NCBI RefSeq assembly: GCF_000738915.1
Contig: NW_026515634.1
Location: forward strand, 661,156-725,155
Origin: Nematocida ausubeli
Lineage: Eukaryota
Direction: 5' to 3'
Length of the DNA: 64,000 nt
This document shows, piece after piece, positions 29,749 through 40,329 of the stretch. The notes beneath the pieces are model-generated. The model was not told the DNA's origin. It saw only the letters and a list, made by a program, of their open reading frames with translations, and ran no database searches. Numbering within the stretch: position 1 is the first letter of the stretch; each line of letters opens with the position of its first letter. Made by a program: the position numbers and the translations under genes.

Positions 29749-30087
29749 AATTTTTCAAAAAATTTTCATCTAAAAGTAAATTTTAATTATAGATAAGATA
29801 GATTCCCATTAAGTCTTATCTTATATGGAATTTAATCTATTAATCTATTAATGCAGTCTATTCAATCGTGTATTTCATGCTTTTTATTATATCTCAGTTA
29901 TTCCTGTGTGGATGAATTTGAAATTTGCATCTGTGTGTGATCCAGCACAATATTTCATTTCAGACTGGGAGATTCTACTATGCACTATAGACAGTAGTAT
30001 ACACCATATTATTCTCAGCACACACATTGGTGCATGGTATATTGAAATTTTCAAAGATAAAAACCGTTAAAATTCTTATAAAAACCA

Positions 30088-31425
30088 TTAAGAACCCCAG
30101 GAATAACTATAAAAGTAGCACTTTGCCAGGATAACCAAGGCACACACGATGAACTGCATGGTACAGTATATTTTAAATAAAGTTTCTTCATGGATTGGTC
30201 CTGTCCTAACAAGAATCGCATTAAGAATAGTAAAATTACTGACTTCCACTCTCCCATTACCCTCAGTATAAGAGATCAGACCAAGAATCCTGTATAATTT
30301 AATCACACCGTATACAATCCGTGACTTAAGAAATTTACTTTCCAAAGAGACAACAGAAGGCACAATTAAGGCATCAGATGACTCAGTATAAATAACAGAA
30401 GGCATCCTGTGCCTGGGACATGGAATTATCTTCATAAGCTGTGGCATACTAAAGACAAAGTTAAATAACTGTGGGAATAGAAATAAAAAAAGAGTCTTAA
30501 TGAATCCACCGAATAAACCAATACAAAGCAATGAAGACCCAGAGAAATAACAAAATACATCCCCAACAAAGCACCTAGCAGGATACTTATTCCATAAGAA
30601 AAGACCAAAACTAGACATAAATAATGAAAATCCCATTAAACCACTCAAAAGACTCTTTTCATCAGAGAATAAACACCTATCCAAGGAGATCATCCCACTA
30701 AGAACAAGAACCTGACCGCATTCCACTCCATTTATTCCACTCAGAATATTAATTGCATTAGTGAAGTAAACCCCCAAGGCAAAGAGAAAAACATAAAGAA
30801 GCCAGCCTAAATTAACTATCCCATACAAAGGTATACACATATACGTACTCCCAGTGTATGTTATAAATAAAGGAAGAATTGACAGAGCAGGAAACAGAAA
30901 TTTGCAAGACCAACTTAATTCTACTGTGTCATCAACGTACCCTAATAGAGTATTTAGAATGACAGTATTAGAGAAAATAAGAAGACTTTCTTTGTGATTG
31001 GGAAAAAACAAAGAGAATAAGAAGATCCCAAAGACAAAGGAAATTGCAGATGCTAACCCAATTGACTCTGGTAATTTAACTTTCTCTTTTTTATGGAAGT
31101 CTACACCAAAGGATTTACTAAGTTGCATAAAGTACTTTGAAAGTTTATAAGAAAGTACCCCACACAGTACAGGAATACAATACACTAATACACTGTATAT
31201 TATCCTATTTAATGGATTCCTGGCTATTATTACAGTATCTTGGTCAGGTTCACTTTTTGATGAATTTTTATCTATATGAGAACTTTCACCAGAATATACT
31301 ATAAATTCCCTCTGTATAACCCGACTATCCAGTAAATTATCACATTCTACTGGATAACTGGTCCCTTGTACGATGAAAATAATAAGGAGGCAGAAGACTG
31401 CTTGAATTACGTGCCGTCCAACCAT
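30088..31425 (-). CDS. ALG7: UDP-GlcNAc:dolichyl-phosphate GlcNAc-1-P transferase (DPAGT1/Alg7)
   Basis: G.DFHK...LPES.G, LGYVDD, TNAINILSGINGVE.GQ, FVGDVFCY and PCPRHRMP motifs; multiple TM helices. Confidence 0.95.
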   Translation of the reverse strand: MVGRHVIQAVFCLLIIFIVQGTSYPVECDNLLDSRVIQREFIVYSGESSHIDKNSSKSEPDQDTVIIARNPLNRIIYSVLVYCIPVLCGVLSYKLSKYFMQLSKSFGVDFHKKEKVKLPESIGLASAISFVFGIFLFSLFFPNHKESLLIFSNTVILNTLLGYVDDTVELSWSCKFLFPALSILPLFITYTGSTYMCIPLYGIVNLGWLLYVFLFALGVYFTNAINILSGINGVECGQVLVLSGMISLDRCLFSDEKSLLSGLMGFSLFMSSFGLFLWNKYPARCFVGDVFCYFSGSSLLCIGLFGGFIKTLFLFLFPQLFNFVFSMPQLMKIIPCPRHRMPSVIYTESSDALIVPSVVSLESKFLKSRIVYGVIKLYRILGLISYTEGNGRVEVSNFTILNAILVRTGPIHEETLFKIYCTMQFIVCALVILAKCYFYSYSWGS

Positions 31426-31499
31426 TAGAGAATTTCACTCTCCAATTAAATTTTTTACTAAAATATTCATATTCAATAATAATTGTTATTTTCTTATCT

Positions 31500-31961
31500 A
31501 TGGAGTCTATTGAGACAAAAGGACTTTTCAAAGAAGTAAATGCATTAATTGCACGGCCAGACCAAGAAAGAATGCTTAAGTATTTTAAGCTTGATGGGTA
31601 CATCCGGGTTAATACATATTTTATTTCTCCTTTCTCTTTAATTAGCATAAAGAGAGGACTACAGAACTTTCTTGTCTCTTGGGAAATGTCAGAGACCGGA
31701 TGGAAGTTTTTATTCAAGAACAATGCCTGGGTGTACTTTAAAGGATCATTTACCAGCCAGATGAAGGATGGCCAGATAGTTCATATAAAGATAGATTGTC
31801 CTAAGCCAGAATATAACTCAGAGATGCATTATGCCATACTCATACGGTACTTCAAGTGCCTGGATACTTTCTACTTTATGGTTTCTGGTTTTGATGAAGA
31901 CTTTGAGATTCTGACAAATCCACTGGGGAGTTTCACTAGATGGAGTCCCATACAGAAGTAG
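31500..31961 (+). CDS. Hypothetical protein (weak resemblance to the LDB/SEUSS/Adn1 LIM-binding fold)
   Basis: ATG-initiated 153-aa ORF with coding-like composition, divergent from ALG7. The domain guess is by eye only. Confidence 0.6.
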   Translation: MESIETKGLFKEVNALIARPDQERMLKYFKLDGYIRVNTYFISPFSLISIKRGLQNFLVSWEMSETGWKFLFKNNAWVYFKGSFTSQMKDGQIVHIKIDCPKPEYNSEMHYAILIRYFKCLDTFYFMVSGFDEDFEILTNPLGSFTRWSPIQK

Positions 31962-32642
31962 ACTTGGATTATAGTCTTAAATGTGCAGATTACGTTGTAA
32001 AATAAGTCTATCCTTGGTTCATGGCTAATTTACTTTTCATTTGGAGGTTGAAAGAGAAATTTTAGTGAAAGAAAAAAGAGAGAGAAAGTGCACTAATCGA
32101 TGGGATCACAGAATATGCCAGGACAATGAAAGAATAAATCATATAACCTACAATATACGTTAGAGTGGTATATTCTTGCTACTATTTTATTGAAGTATTT
32201 TGTGATATAATTATAGTAGAATTTAATTTGTAGAATAATACCATATTCTAATTAACTATTCCTTTGGGTTATATAATACTATACTGTAGCATAATTTATA
32301 TACATTTTAGTATATAAAATAGACACTTATTAAATCTCTTAAATATTCTTTATAATTATGGAAATATACCCCATATATTGTACTCCTGATCACAAACATA
32401 CTTAAAGCACACGACTTCCCAGTAATATACTCTATTTTTGTAAAACAGAAATATTCTATTTATAAGAATTCTAGTTATATTTATATATGACACAACAAGA
32501 TATACGAATATATTATAAGATAAGCAATATACACTCTATCCCTGGAATATCTACTCTTCTTGTTATTTCTTTCTCTCCAGGAATTTCTCACTATTCATAT
32601 TATATTTTTCTTTAAATTATCTTGTAATTTTCTTTGTTTAGC

Positions 32643-33311
32643 ATGGAGTATTATGAGAAAGGTAAACAGCTATTACTGGATTTAATAGAGAATGGACCCA
32701 GGACAATATTTGAGAGACTATTCGGCAAGAACACACACATTGTATTTCTGGGCATTGATAATGCAGGCAAAACAACCCTCCTTCTGAGGCTTAAAACTGA
32801 CACAGTTCATACAGTAGCACCAACACAGTCAGTCCGTGAGGAAACCCTGCAAATTGGAAATATGAAGGTAACAATAAAAGACCTAGGAGGACACGAGGCA
32901 GCCAGACTAGGATGGAACACGTACTTCATGCAGTCTGAAGGAATAATATTCCTAATTGATATCACAGACTTTGACAGATACGAAATAGTAGCAAAGACAT
33001 ACGCACGACTCTTCTACGACATGGAGATGTCCGGGAAGAAGTCACTCCCTGTGGCTGTCCTGTTCAACAAGACAGACATGTGGAAGAAAGTATGGGCCAT
33101 GAGACACCCGCACGAACCAGCTCCAGTCCTGGATGAAGCCTATCTAAATTATATGTGTGGCCTACTGGGCATAACAGTGGGTGAGGGCGAGAATGGCAGG
33201 AGAGTATCTGCTAGTTATTGTTGTGTAGTTACAGATTCCATTTCCACCCCAAATAATGGGTTTATGCTTGCCTTTAAGTGGCTGGATATGATGATTAGAG
33301 CTGAAAAATAA
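32643..33311 (+). CDS. SAR1: Sar1-family small GTPase
   Basis: LGIDNAGKTT, DLGGH (Sar1-type His), NKTD and C-terminal FKWL motifs. Confidence 0.85.
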   Translation: MEYYEKGKQLLLDLIENGPRTIFERLFGKNTHIVFLGIDNAGKTTLLLRLKTDTVHTVAPTQSVREETLQIGNMKVTIKDLGGHEAARLGWNTYFMQSEGIIFLIDITDFDRYEIVAKTYARLFYDMEMSGKKSLPVAVLFNKTDMWKKVWAMRHPHEPAPVLDEAYLNYMCGLLGITVGEGENGRRVSASYCCVVTDSISTPNNGFMLAFKWLDMMIRAEK

Positions 33312-33540
33312 ACTATCCATGGGAACATGCTTTCTGTTATGTCTTCAGAATGTGTTTACAAATTAATTGGTTAATATGTTTCATACTTCATAATTACCCA
33401 TTCCCTGGCACCAATTATTTCTTTTTTTTCCTGCACAGCCACAAGAAATCCAAAAGTGTTTCAAATTTCAAAAGCCTATTCGCAGGAACAGATACAAGAT
33501 CATACTGGAAAGGATTTAAATAAAATTCAAGAGAATTTAC

Positions 33541-33954
33541 ATGAAAGTGTCCTTAATTATTGGATTATGCCTATCTTATATAACAGCAGCATATTACGGT
33601 GAGTCTTGGAGAACAGACCCAGCACACCCATTCTCTGTGTCTTCGCCATATTTCAACTCAGTGGATTATTATAGAAGAAGGGGTGCCTGGAGTAGATTTG
33701 GAAATCCACTTATAACACCATATTCCAGGTTATATGGGTCTGCATATCACGCAGCCAAGTTAAATGCATCTTACAGCCCACATGCATACGGACCATGTGG
33801 TCAAGCATATGCAGCTGGGGCATCAGATTCAGCCAGGGCAGCAGCTGCTGCATCCAGTGGGTATTCCAGGTATTCCAGGTCTATTTCAGGACTAGCCCCA
33901 TCATATTGCGATGAACCCATGCTTTCTCCATTTTCAGATCCACCTTTATACTAG
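33541..33954 (+). CDS. Small secreted Tyr/Ser/Ala/Gly-rich protein (candidate spore-wall or host-exposed protein)
   Basis: Signal peptide MKVSLIIGLCLSYITA and a Y/S/A-rich mature region. Confidence 0.7.
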   Translation: MKVSLIIGLCLSYITAAYYGESWRTDPAHPFSVSSPYFNSVDYYRRRGAWSRFGNPLITPYSRLYGSAYHAAKLNASYSPHAYGPCGQAYAAGASDSARAAAAASSGYSRYSRSISGLAPSYCDEPMLSPFSDPPLY

Positions 33955-34738
33955 GACACTGGGTCATGGATCTTAAATAAATAAATTGTACAGATTTCAG
34001 TTATAGATATATTATGGCAGGTTTCGGGCTATTCGGGTTATATCTTGTCTCTTTGACTTTTTGTCGTTGTGTTTTGTTTTTTGTTGTTTTTTGTCGTTGT
34101 TATTGTCGTTGTTTGTTGTTGTTTTTTGTCGTTTTGACTTTTTCATTTTTTTCTTCATTGTATACTAGAGAGTATAGTAGTGCAGTAGTATAGTAGTATA
34201 GTATAGTAGTATAGTAGTGTAGTGTAGTATACGGGAGAGTGAAATTTTATTAGTCTATATATTAGTCTATATTGCAGTCTATTAGTCTATATTACAGTAG
34301 ATTACACTAGAGTACGTTAGGTTTTAATTATATTACACTAGAATGCACTAGAATACGTTATATTTTGGTTATATTGGTCTATATTTCACTACATTACAAT
34401 AGAATATACTAGAATGCACTACATTACAGTCTATTAGTCTAAAACCCACTATATATCCACACTAACACTTCACTACTTCTACATGAATACACTTCACCTT
34501 AATTGGTCTAGACTAATTTATGCCTTATACTAGGATATTCTGGCTAGTTCATTAATATGCAGTGTATGAATCCGTTTGATTTTCAAATTAATTTATTACT
34601 GGAATTACCCGAATATTCTGAATTACCTGAATATTTGTGCTTGATAATGCACTGGTATTTCTGAATATTTGTTGCCTTGAAGTAATCTAAGTCATTTGTC
34701 ACCTGAGGATACGCAATTATTAAAAAGCTAATTTATGT

Positions 34739-34942
34739 ATGATGTTTTCGCGTATGGGAAATGATAGACCCACTGAAGGAATGAGTAAAAAACAGAAGAA
34801 TCTTACAATGAGGGCACTTCATCAAGTAGAAAATAGATTCATTTCCAGAAAGAATAGTGAAAATTCCTTAGGAACCAGAGTGACTGTAAAACAATTGAAG
34901 CTAAAATACTCTAAAGTAAGTGGATTTTTTGAAGCTATATGA
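34739..34942 (+). CDS. Small basic hypothetical protein
   Basis: 67-aa ATG ORF with purine-rich coding-like composition; its stop overlaps the next start (ATGA). Confidence 0.4.
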   Translation: MMFSRMGNDRPTEGMSKKQKNLTMRALHQVENRFISRKNSENSLGTRVTVKQLKLKYSKVSGFFEAI

Positions 34943-35499
34943 AAATAAACAAACGAGGAGTAATTGAAGAGAGAAGAAAACAAAAAAAAGCAACAGCAAA
35001 AGACTATATCTTGCAAGGTGGATCTACAGCACTAATTCTAGCAGTCTCTGATATACTAGGTCAGCTAGTACTAGGCGGAATTACTTCGTACGTTCAAACC
35101 CCTCTTCTCATGGGATTTTATGGCTTTATGACTGGAAATCTGAGTTTTTTAATGTACACCAGAATGGACAGTTACAGCTCAGAGAGATTTGACAGGATTA
35201 AAGGACTAAGTGCCATAAGGATAAAGATAGCCCTGTATAAAATGCTATTTGACCAGCTTGTTTGGTCACCATTCGGTACATTTATGTTTATTTTTGTGGC
35301 TAGCCTTGTGGATAGTTCAGATTTCAGCATAAAAAAGGTTCTAAAAGACTATTTTAGAATACTTTTTGACAGTTATAAAATATGGCCTATCTTGCAAATG
35401 ATTAACTTTTTATTTGTTCCGTTAGAAATGCGTGTAGTTTTTATTAGTATGGCTTCTTTACTGTGGAATACGTATGTGAAAATAGCCAGGCAAGGATAG
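34939..35499 (+). CDS. Mpv17/PMP22 (Sym1) family membrane protein
   Basis: SDILGQ, KMLFDQLVWSP and IWP..Q.INF.FVP..RV......LLWNTY motifs. Confidence 0.9.
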   Translation: MKINKRGVIEERRKQKKATAKDYILQGGSTALILAVSDILGQLVLGGITSYVQTPLLMGFYGFMTGNLSFLMYTRMDSYSSERFDRIKGLSAIRIKIALYKMLFDQLVWSPFGTFMFIFVASLVDSSDFSIKKVLKDYFRILFDSYKIWPILQMINFLFVPLEMRVVFISMASLLWNTYVKIARQG

Positions 35500-35560
35500 A
35501 CAGAATAAATTAGTCATGAAATAAACGAGATTTTAATGAAATAAATTTGTAAAAATACGT

Positions 35561-36946
35561 ATGACAGCAGACGGGTTAGTGCTTCATAAGGACTGGGTAT
35601 CTTTGTGTAACAGACTTTTAAAGAACCCAAAGACCCATCTTAAGGAAATATCCAGGATGCTTGGTAGATCACAGAAATTCATGGCTGCAATTTCTGGCTC
35701 TGGTGAATCTCCTGCTTATGCCTCTTATGCAGACACTCTAAGAGAGACAGTGGAAAGAATTCTTTCTGTTTTAATTTCGAATTGTACAGATGCAGATTCA
35801 CATCCTGGGATATTTTATATTATATCCAGCTACAAGAATGCTTTTGTCTGTGACTTTACACCAATTATCCAGATATTTCTAGTGGAAAGTTCATCTTTTT
35901 ATATTCTACGGATTATTGAGCGAATTTGCAGTCATCCGGAAATTATTGAAAAATTAGAAGAGACAGAAGTACAAATATTAATGAAATTAGGGGCATATAC
36001 CACTGACCCAGAATATTCAACAGGAGAATTTGCAGTCCGTGGGATATTTAGTCTATATAAAAGGAAGAAAGGAAGGCATCTATTTCTTTCAGTTTTATCA
36101 AAATCTTTCCAAATAAGATATCTAGATCTTTTTGTATCAAAAATATTCCCAGAGATAATTGCCTCTGAAGACTCTAGATTTGTAATTTCAATGATAGAAA
36201 TTCTCTCAAAAATCAAAGAAATTCCCATCCTACTAATCTCACAGAATGCAAAGAGAGAGACTCTCCTGGCATTCCCCAGTGTATTACAAGAAAGAATTTG
36301 GAGTAGACTAGAAAGTGAGAAATTACCACAAGAGTACATAGCAGGAATTAGTCTAGCAGCCAAAGTACCAGAACTATTCAATATAAATAGACTAATTAGA
36401 CTCCTTGTCAACCACAAAGATGAAAATATATTATACTCCCAGGGAGATGCCTTAATACACTGTCTTAATACACTGAATATCTCAAATTACCACATAACAG
36501 AAGAAGATAACAGGATTATTGCAGAAGAACCAGAAGAACCAGAAGATAATTCAAACAAGAGAATAATCTCTATAGATAAGCACTTGCTAACTGAATTCCT
36601 AAAAAGACTGTTATTTCACTCAGATGGAACCAGAATAGAATATTGCAGAATACTTTTCACAGTGAAAATTCCCTCTCAAAAGGAATCTATCCTAACCTTA
36701 TTAAGGAATAAAAATATTCGAGTCAAATGGAATGCACTCAGAACCCTGACAGTATACACCCTCACAGACCCAGAAATAACAAAAATAATCACTCTCTTGA
36801 CAACATCTCAAAATGAGAAAATTAAGATGTGGTGTCTAAAGATACTTGAAGTAAACAAAAGGAAAATAAACCCAAATTTATTTCAAATGAAAGAGTCACA
36901 ATATAAATCAGAGATGGAAGAAATATTGAAAAGAATAAATAATTGA
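35561..36946 (+). CDS. HEAT-repeat-like hypothetical protein (C-terminus reminiscent of HEATR6)
   Basis: Long helical ORF; C-terminal N.RVKWNA and N.KIK motifs. Confidence 0.6.
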   Translation: MTADGLVLHKDWVSLCNRLLKNPKTHLKEISRMLGRSQKFMAAISGSGESPAYASYADTLRETVERILSVLISNCTDADSHPGIFYIISSYKNAFVCDFTPIIQIFLVESSSFYILRIIERICSHPEIIEKLEETEVQILMKLGAYTTDPEYSTGEFAVRGIFSLYKRKKGRHLFLSVLSKSFQIRYLDLFVSKIFPEIIASEDSRFVISMIEILSKIKEIPILLISQNAKRETLLAFPSVLQERIWSRLESEKLPQEYIAGISLAAKVPELFNINRLIRLLVNHKDENILYSQGDALIHCLNTLNISNYHITEEDNRIIAEEPEEPEDNSNKRIISIDKHLLTEFLKRLLFHSDGTRIEYCRILFTVKIPSQKESILTLLRNKNIRVKWNALRTLTVYTLTDPEITKIITLLTTSQNEKIKMWCLKILEVNKRKINPNLFQMKESQYKSEMEEILKRINN

Positions 36947-36960
36947 ATATTTTCTTTTTT

Positions 36961-38391
36961 ATGGCAGTAAGCAAGAGAAGAATCTCTCAGAAATGCAGAA
37001 AAACAGAAGACACTGATATCCCATCAGATAATGAAGAAGAAGGCATAAGATTTGATCCAAATAAAAAAGTACTCAGAGCCAGAAGGAGAAATGAAAGGGG
37101 ACCTACTGCGAAAGTGAGTTTAATTGGGAGTGAACCACCAAGGTACTCAATGGACCAGAAGCTAAAGGGTTTAAATCACTCATTCATTCAGTCTGTGACC
37201 CTGGCATACAACAAGGATAACACGTATAATTTCTCAAGTATTTCCAGTCAATATACGAAGTACAGGGAAGAAATAGTTGAAAGAGAAGGAGTACATGGGA
37301 CAAGCCTACTAAATACAACGCAGAGACAGAATATGGCAGATATTCTAAGGGCAGGCTTAGGGCAAACCACTCCATCAAAGCCACCCATGGACCAGGACCA
37401 AATGAAAAAGGCAGAATTCATCCTAGGGCAGCACGGGTCAATTGGAGCCGGATTATTCGGGGCAGCAGCCTTGAACAGACAAAAGGAAGAGGAAAGAGCA
37501 GCCTTAGACGTATCTCAAACAGAAAAGAAGCAAGAGACTGCAAAAAGATCAGAGAGTATGCCTAGCTCACCAAAGAAGGTGGCCCAGAAGGAAGACACCC
37601 ACAAGGCAGAGTCAGCAGATGAAGTAAACTTGAGGGAACCAAAGGAGACGAGAGAATCAAAGGGAGAGACAAAGGGAGAGACAGTCTCAGAACCAACTGA
37701 ACTGGCACCAGGAAAGAGCGAGAAGCAGAAGACACCTAGCTCACCAAAGAAGGACGTACACCAGAAGGAAGCTCACAAGGAAGAAGTGAAGGAGTTAAAA
37801 AGTGCAAAGTCAAAGGAAGCTCATACTAAAGAAGTCAACAAAGATTCTCACCATAAGGAAGCCCATAAGGATACAACAAAAGGCGTAAACTCAAAGGAAA
37901 CAACAAAAGATTCCCACAGTAAGGAAGTCAGTAAGGAAACAACAAAAGATTCAAAAGAGACAAAAAACTCCCACAGTAAAGACCCCCACCAGAAAGAAGT
38001 CAAAACCAAAGACTCCCACAGTAAAGAAGTCAGTAATGAATCGGTGAAATCTGGCGACAAGACCAAGTCAAACTCTTTATTTGACATGACCTGCAAGGTG
38101 TTTGTCAGAAATACATCACGCTTTGAGGATTTAGGGTTTCACCGGGTTGCAGTCAAGGAGGTGCAAGGTAAAAGAACAATTATTGTGTATGATAATAAGA
38201 AGAAGAAGGAGACTGAGATGATTTCTGTCTCTTTGGATAAAACTTCAATTCAGTCAGACAGATCCCGTAAGGAACTTGCTTTTGTTGAACCATCCAGCAC
38301 CCTGCTGTACAAGATAAAACTGGCTACCTTGGAAGATGCAACTGCCTTAAGACGTGCCTGCAATTCTGAAAATACTTCAAGTACAAAATAA
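36961..38391 (+). CDS. NUP2: Nup2/Nup50-like nucleoporin
   Basis: N-terminal KR...acidic...KKVLRARRR importin-alpha-binding pattern; LKGLNHSF...Y.KY..EI helix like Nup50/Nup2; C-terminal RanBD-like domain (LF...CKVFV....FEDLG). First ATG at 36961. Confidence 0.7.
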   Translation: MAVSKRRISQKCRKTEDTDIPSDNEEEGIRFDPNKKVLRARRRNERGPTAKVSLIGSEPPRYSMDQKLKGLNHSFIQSVTLAYNKDNTYNFSSISSQYTKYREEIVEREGVHGTSLLNTTQRQNMADILRAGLGQTTPSKPPMDQDQMKKAEFILGQHGSIGAGLFGAAALNRQKEEERAALDVSQTEKKQETAKRSESMPSSPKKVAQKEDTHKAESADEVNLREPKETRESKGETKGETVSEPTELAPGKSEKQKTPSSPKKDVHQKEAHKEEVKELKSAKSKEAHTKEVNKDSHHKEAHKDTTKGVNSKETTKDSHSKEVSKETTKDSKETKNSHSKDPHQKEVKTKDSHSKEVSNESVKSGDKTKSNSLFDMTCKVFVRNTSRFEDLGFHRVAVKEVQGKRTIIVYDNKKKKETEMISVSLDKTSIQSDRSRKELAFVEPSSTLLYKIKLATLEDATALRRACNSENTSSTK

Positions 38392-38394
38392 ATT

Positions 38395-38860
38395 AACAGG
38401 TTTAACGGATTTAACGGAAAATATTCTAAATAACTGTAGAATAAGTTAACGGATTTAACGGATTCAATGGAAATATTTCAGACTACTACAGGATATACGG
38501 ATTTGACTGAAAATATTTCAGACTACTGCAGAACAATGAGGTATTTCAGACTACTACAAAATAAATTAACAGGTTCAATGGGGATTTTAAATAGCTGTAG
38601 AACAAATGAACAGGTTCTTAACTGAAAATATTTCAAACTACTACAGAATAAGTTAACAGATTTAACTGAAATATTTCAGACTACTACAGAATATATTAAC
38701 AGATTTAACTGAAAATATTCCAGACTACTACAGAACAATAAGGTACTTCAGACTACTGCAGAATATATTAATAGATTTAACTGAAAATATTTTAAATAAC
38801 TGCAAAGTATACATATTTAACTGAAAATATTCAAAATAACTACAAAACAATGAGGTATAT
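38395..38860. repeat. Degenerate tandem repeat (TTAACTGAAAATATTTCAGACTACTACAGAA units)
   Basis: About ten units of roughly 40 bp. Confidence 0.85.
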
Positions 38861-38959
38861 TCATGTTCTCCACATATTCATATCCATATTTATTCTCTCT
38901 CCAAATATGTTTTATATTTTGCACCTAAATATTCAGAAATTCGAAACACTTCAACAAAG

Positions 38960-39268
38960 ATGCAGATGCAGAAGTACTTAGAGAAGGAAGAACTTGTAGA
39001 ACATGAAATCCTGTTGCATGGGACTGCTAAGTCACTTAATGATGCAACCTTGCAACTCTCAGAAATTAACTCAGTTGTAACTGCACAAGGAGAAGTACTT
39101 GCTAAAATACAACGGAAAATAAACCAGACTGAAGACATGTTAAAGAAGGCCAGCAAGAAGCTCTCTTTGCTCCTGCAGAAATCAAAGAAAAGAAGGGTTT
39201 TCTCATTCTGTTTACTCTGCTTGACAACCCTCGTTGTATTTAGTATGTTCGTCTATGCATACAAATAA
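38960..39268 (+). CDS. Minimal Q-SNARE (syntaxin-like SNARE motif plus TM)
   Basis: L.EIN.VV.AQGEVL..I...I..T motif and C-terminal TM; no Habc domain. Confidence 0.7.
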   Translation: MQMQKYLEKEELVEHEILLHGTAKSLNDATLQLSEINSVVTAQGEVLAKIQRKINQTEDMLKKASKKLSLLLQKSKKRRVFSFCLLCLTTLVVFSMFVYAYK

Positions 39269-39270
39269 AC

Positions 39271-40329
39271 ATGACAATGAACAAAATAAGCCAGACACTG
39301 AACAGTCTACCAAAGCAAATAACTAAGTCAATTGAGAGTATACCAATTAACTATAATATCATGGTTATGGGGGAAAGTAGCACAGGAAAAAGTTCGTTAA
39401 TTAGGGATATATTTGGACTAGATACAGCAGAAGGAATTTCAGTTGAATGGGATGATGACTTACTCCATGAAATTGGTGACATGGCATGCACTGCAAACCC
39501 ACTGGCCCAACTAATAAGCATTCATCCTTCAAATTTGGAGAAAAACAAGACTACAATCACAGCCACCAGATATACCCTGAAGGAGCATGAAATTAAAATG
39601 AAATTAACCGTATATGAAGTGGGTGGAATTGGAGATGCAGTGAATAATCTATTCGATTGGGTACCTGCAAAGAATTTAATCATGAACAGATACGAAGAAT
39701 ATCACATGGAAGAAGACAAAGGCATACTAGATAATGATAAAAGGATTCATGTATGCTTATATCTTGTTAAACCAACTGATGTACTACGGGAGATAGACAT
39801 AGTTACAATGCAAGTACTAGGGGAAATAGTCAATGTTATACCAATTATATCTAAGGCAGATATGTTATCAGATGAAAAGTACATAGAAATGAAGGAATAT
39901 ATGCTTTCTACACTTATCTCCAATAAAGTCCGTTTATTTGACTCAATATTAGTTGATGAGTGCAAAAAAGTCGTTGAGATTAATTTCATGCCTTTAAGGT
40001 ATTCTTCGCCTAATAGGGCATATTCATATGGGGAATCAGTAGGTCAGGGTGTCAGTGACATAAAAACATTGCAGAATCTTTTGATATCGCAGCATCTTGT
40101 GGATTTAATCGAAGTAACTGACAAATACTACGAGACATACTACAGGGAGAAGATGATAATTGATATTTTCAGACAGAAAAATTCAAAGATAAGTGAAGAC
40201 TTCCAACGGATGCTTGGCCTAGAAGAGAGCAAAATAAAGAAGATTTCAAAGAGAATAGAGCAAAAACAAGCAAGTTATCAGATGCTTATAGCACAGCATA
40301 TAAGTACACTCCCAAAAGAGCTTTTATAA
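39271..40329 (+). CDS. Septin
   Basis: NIMVMGESSTGKSSLI, GIGD.VNN, D.RIHVCLY and VNVIPIISKAD motifs; R.YS.G and C-terminal coiled coil. Confidence 0.93.
   Translation: MTMNKISQTLNSLPKQITKSIESIPINYNIMVMGESSTGKSSLIRDIFGLDTAEGISVEWDDDLLHEIGDMACTANPLAQLISIHPSNLEKNKTTITATRYTLKEHEIKMKLTVYEVGGIGDAVNNLFDWVPAKNLIMNRYEEYHMEEDKGILDNDKRIHVCLYLVKPTDVLREIDIVTMQVLGEIVNVIPIISKADMLSDEKYIEMKEYMLSTLISNKVRLFDSILVDECKKVVEINFMPLRYSSPNRAYSYGESVGQGVSDIKTLQNLLISQHLVDLIEVTDKYYETYYREKMIIDIFRQKNSKISEDFQRMLGLEESKIKKISKRIEQKQASYQMLIAQHISTLPKELL

Noticed and set aside
38395..38860. Regularly recurring ~30-bp units resembling a CRISPR array
   Set aside because: Degenerate tandem repeat with no unique spacers, no cas genes, and a eukaryotic context.
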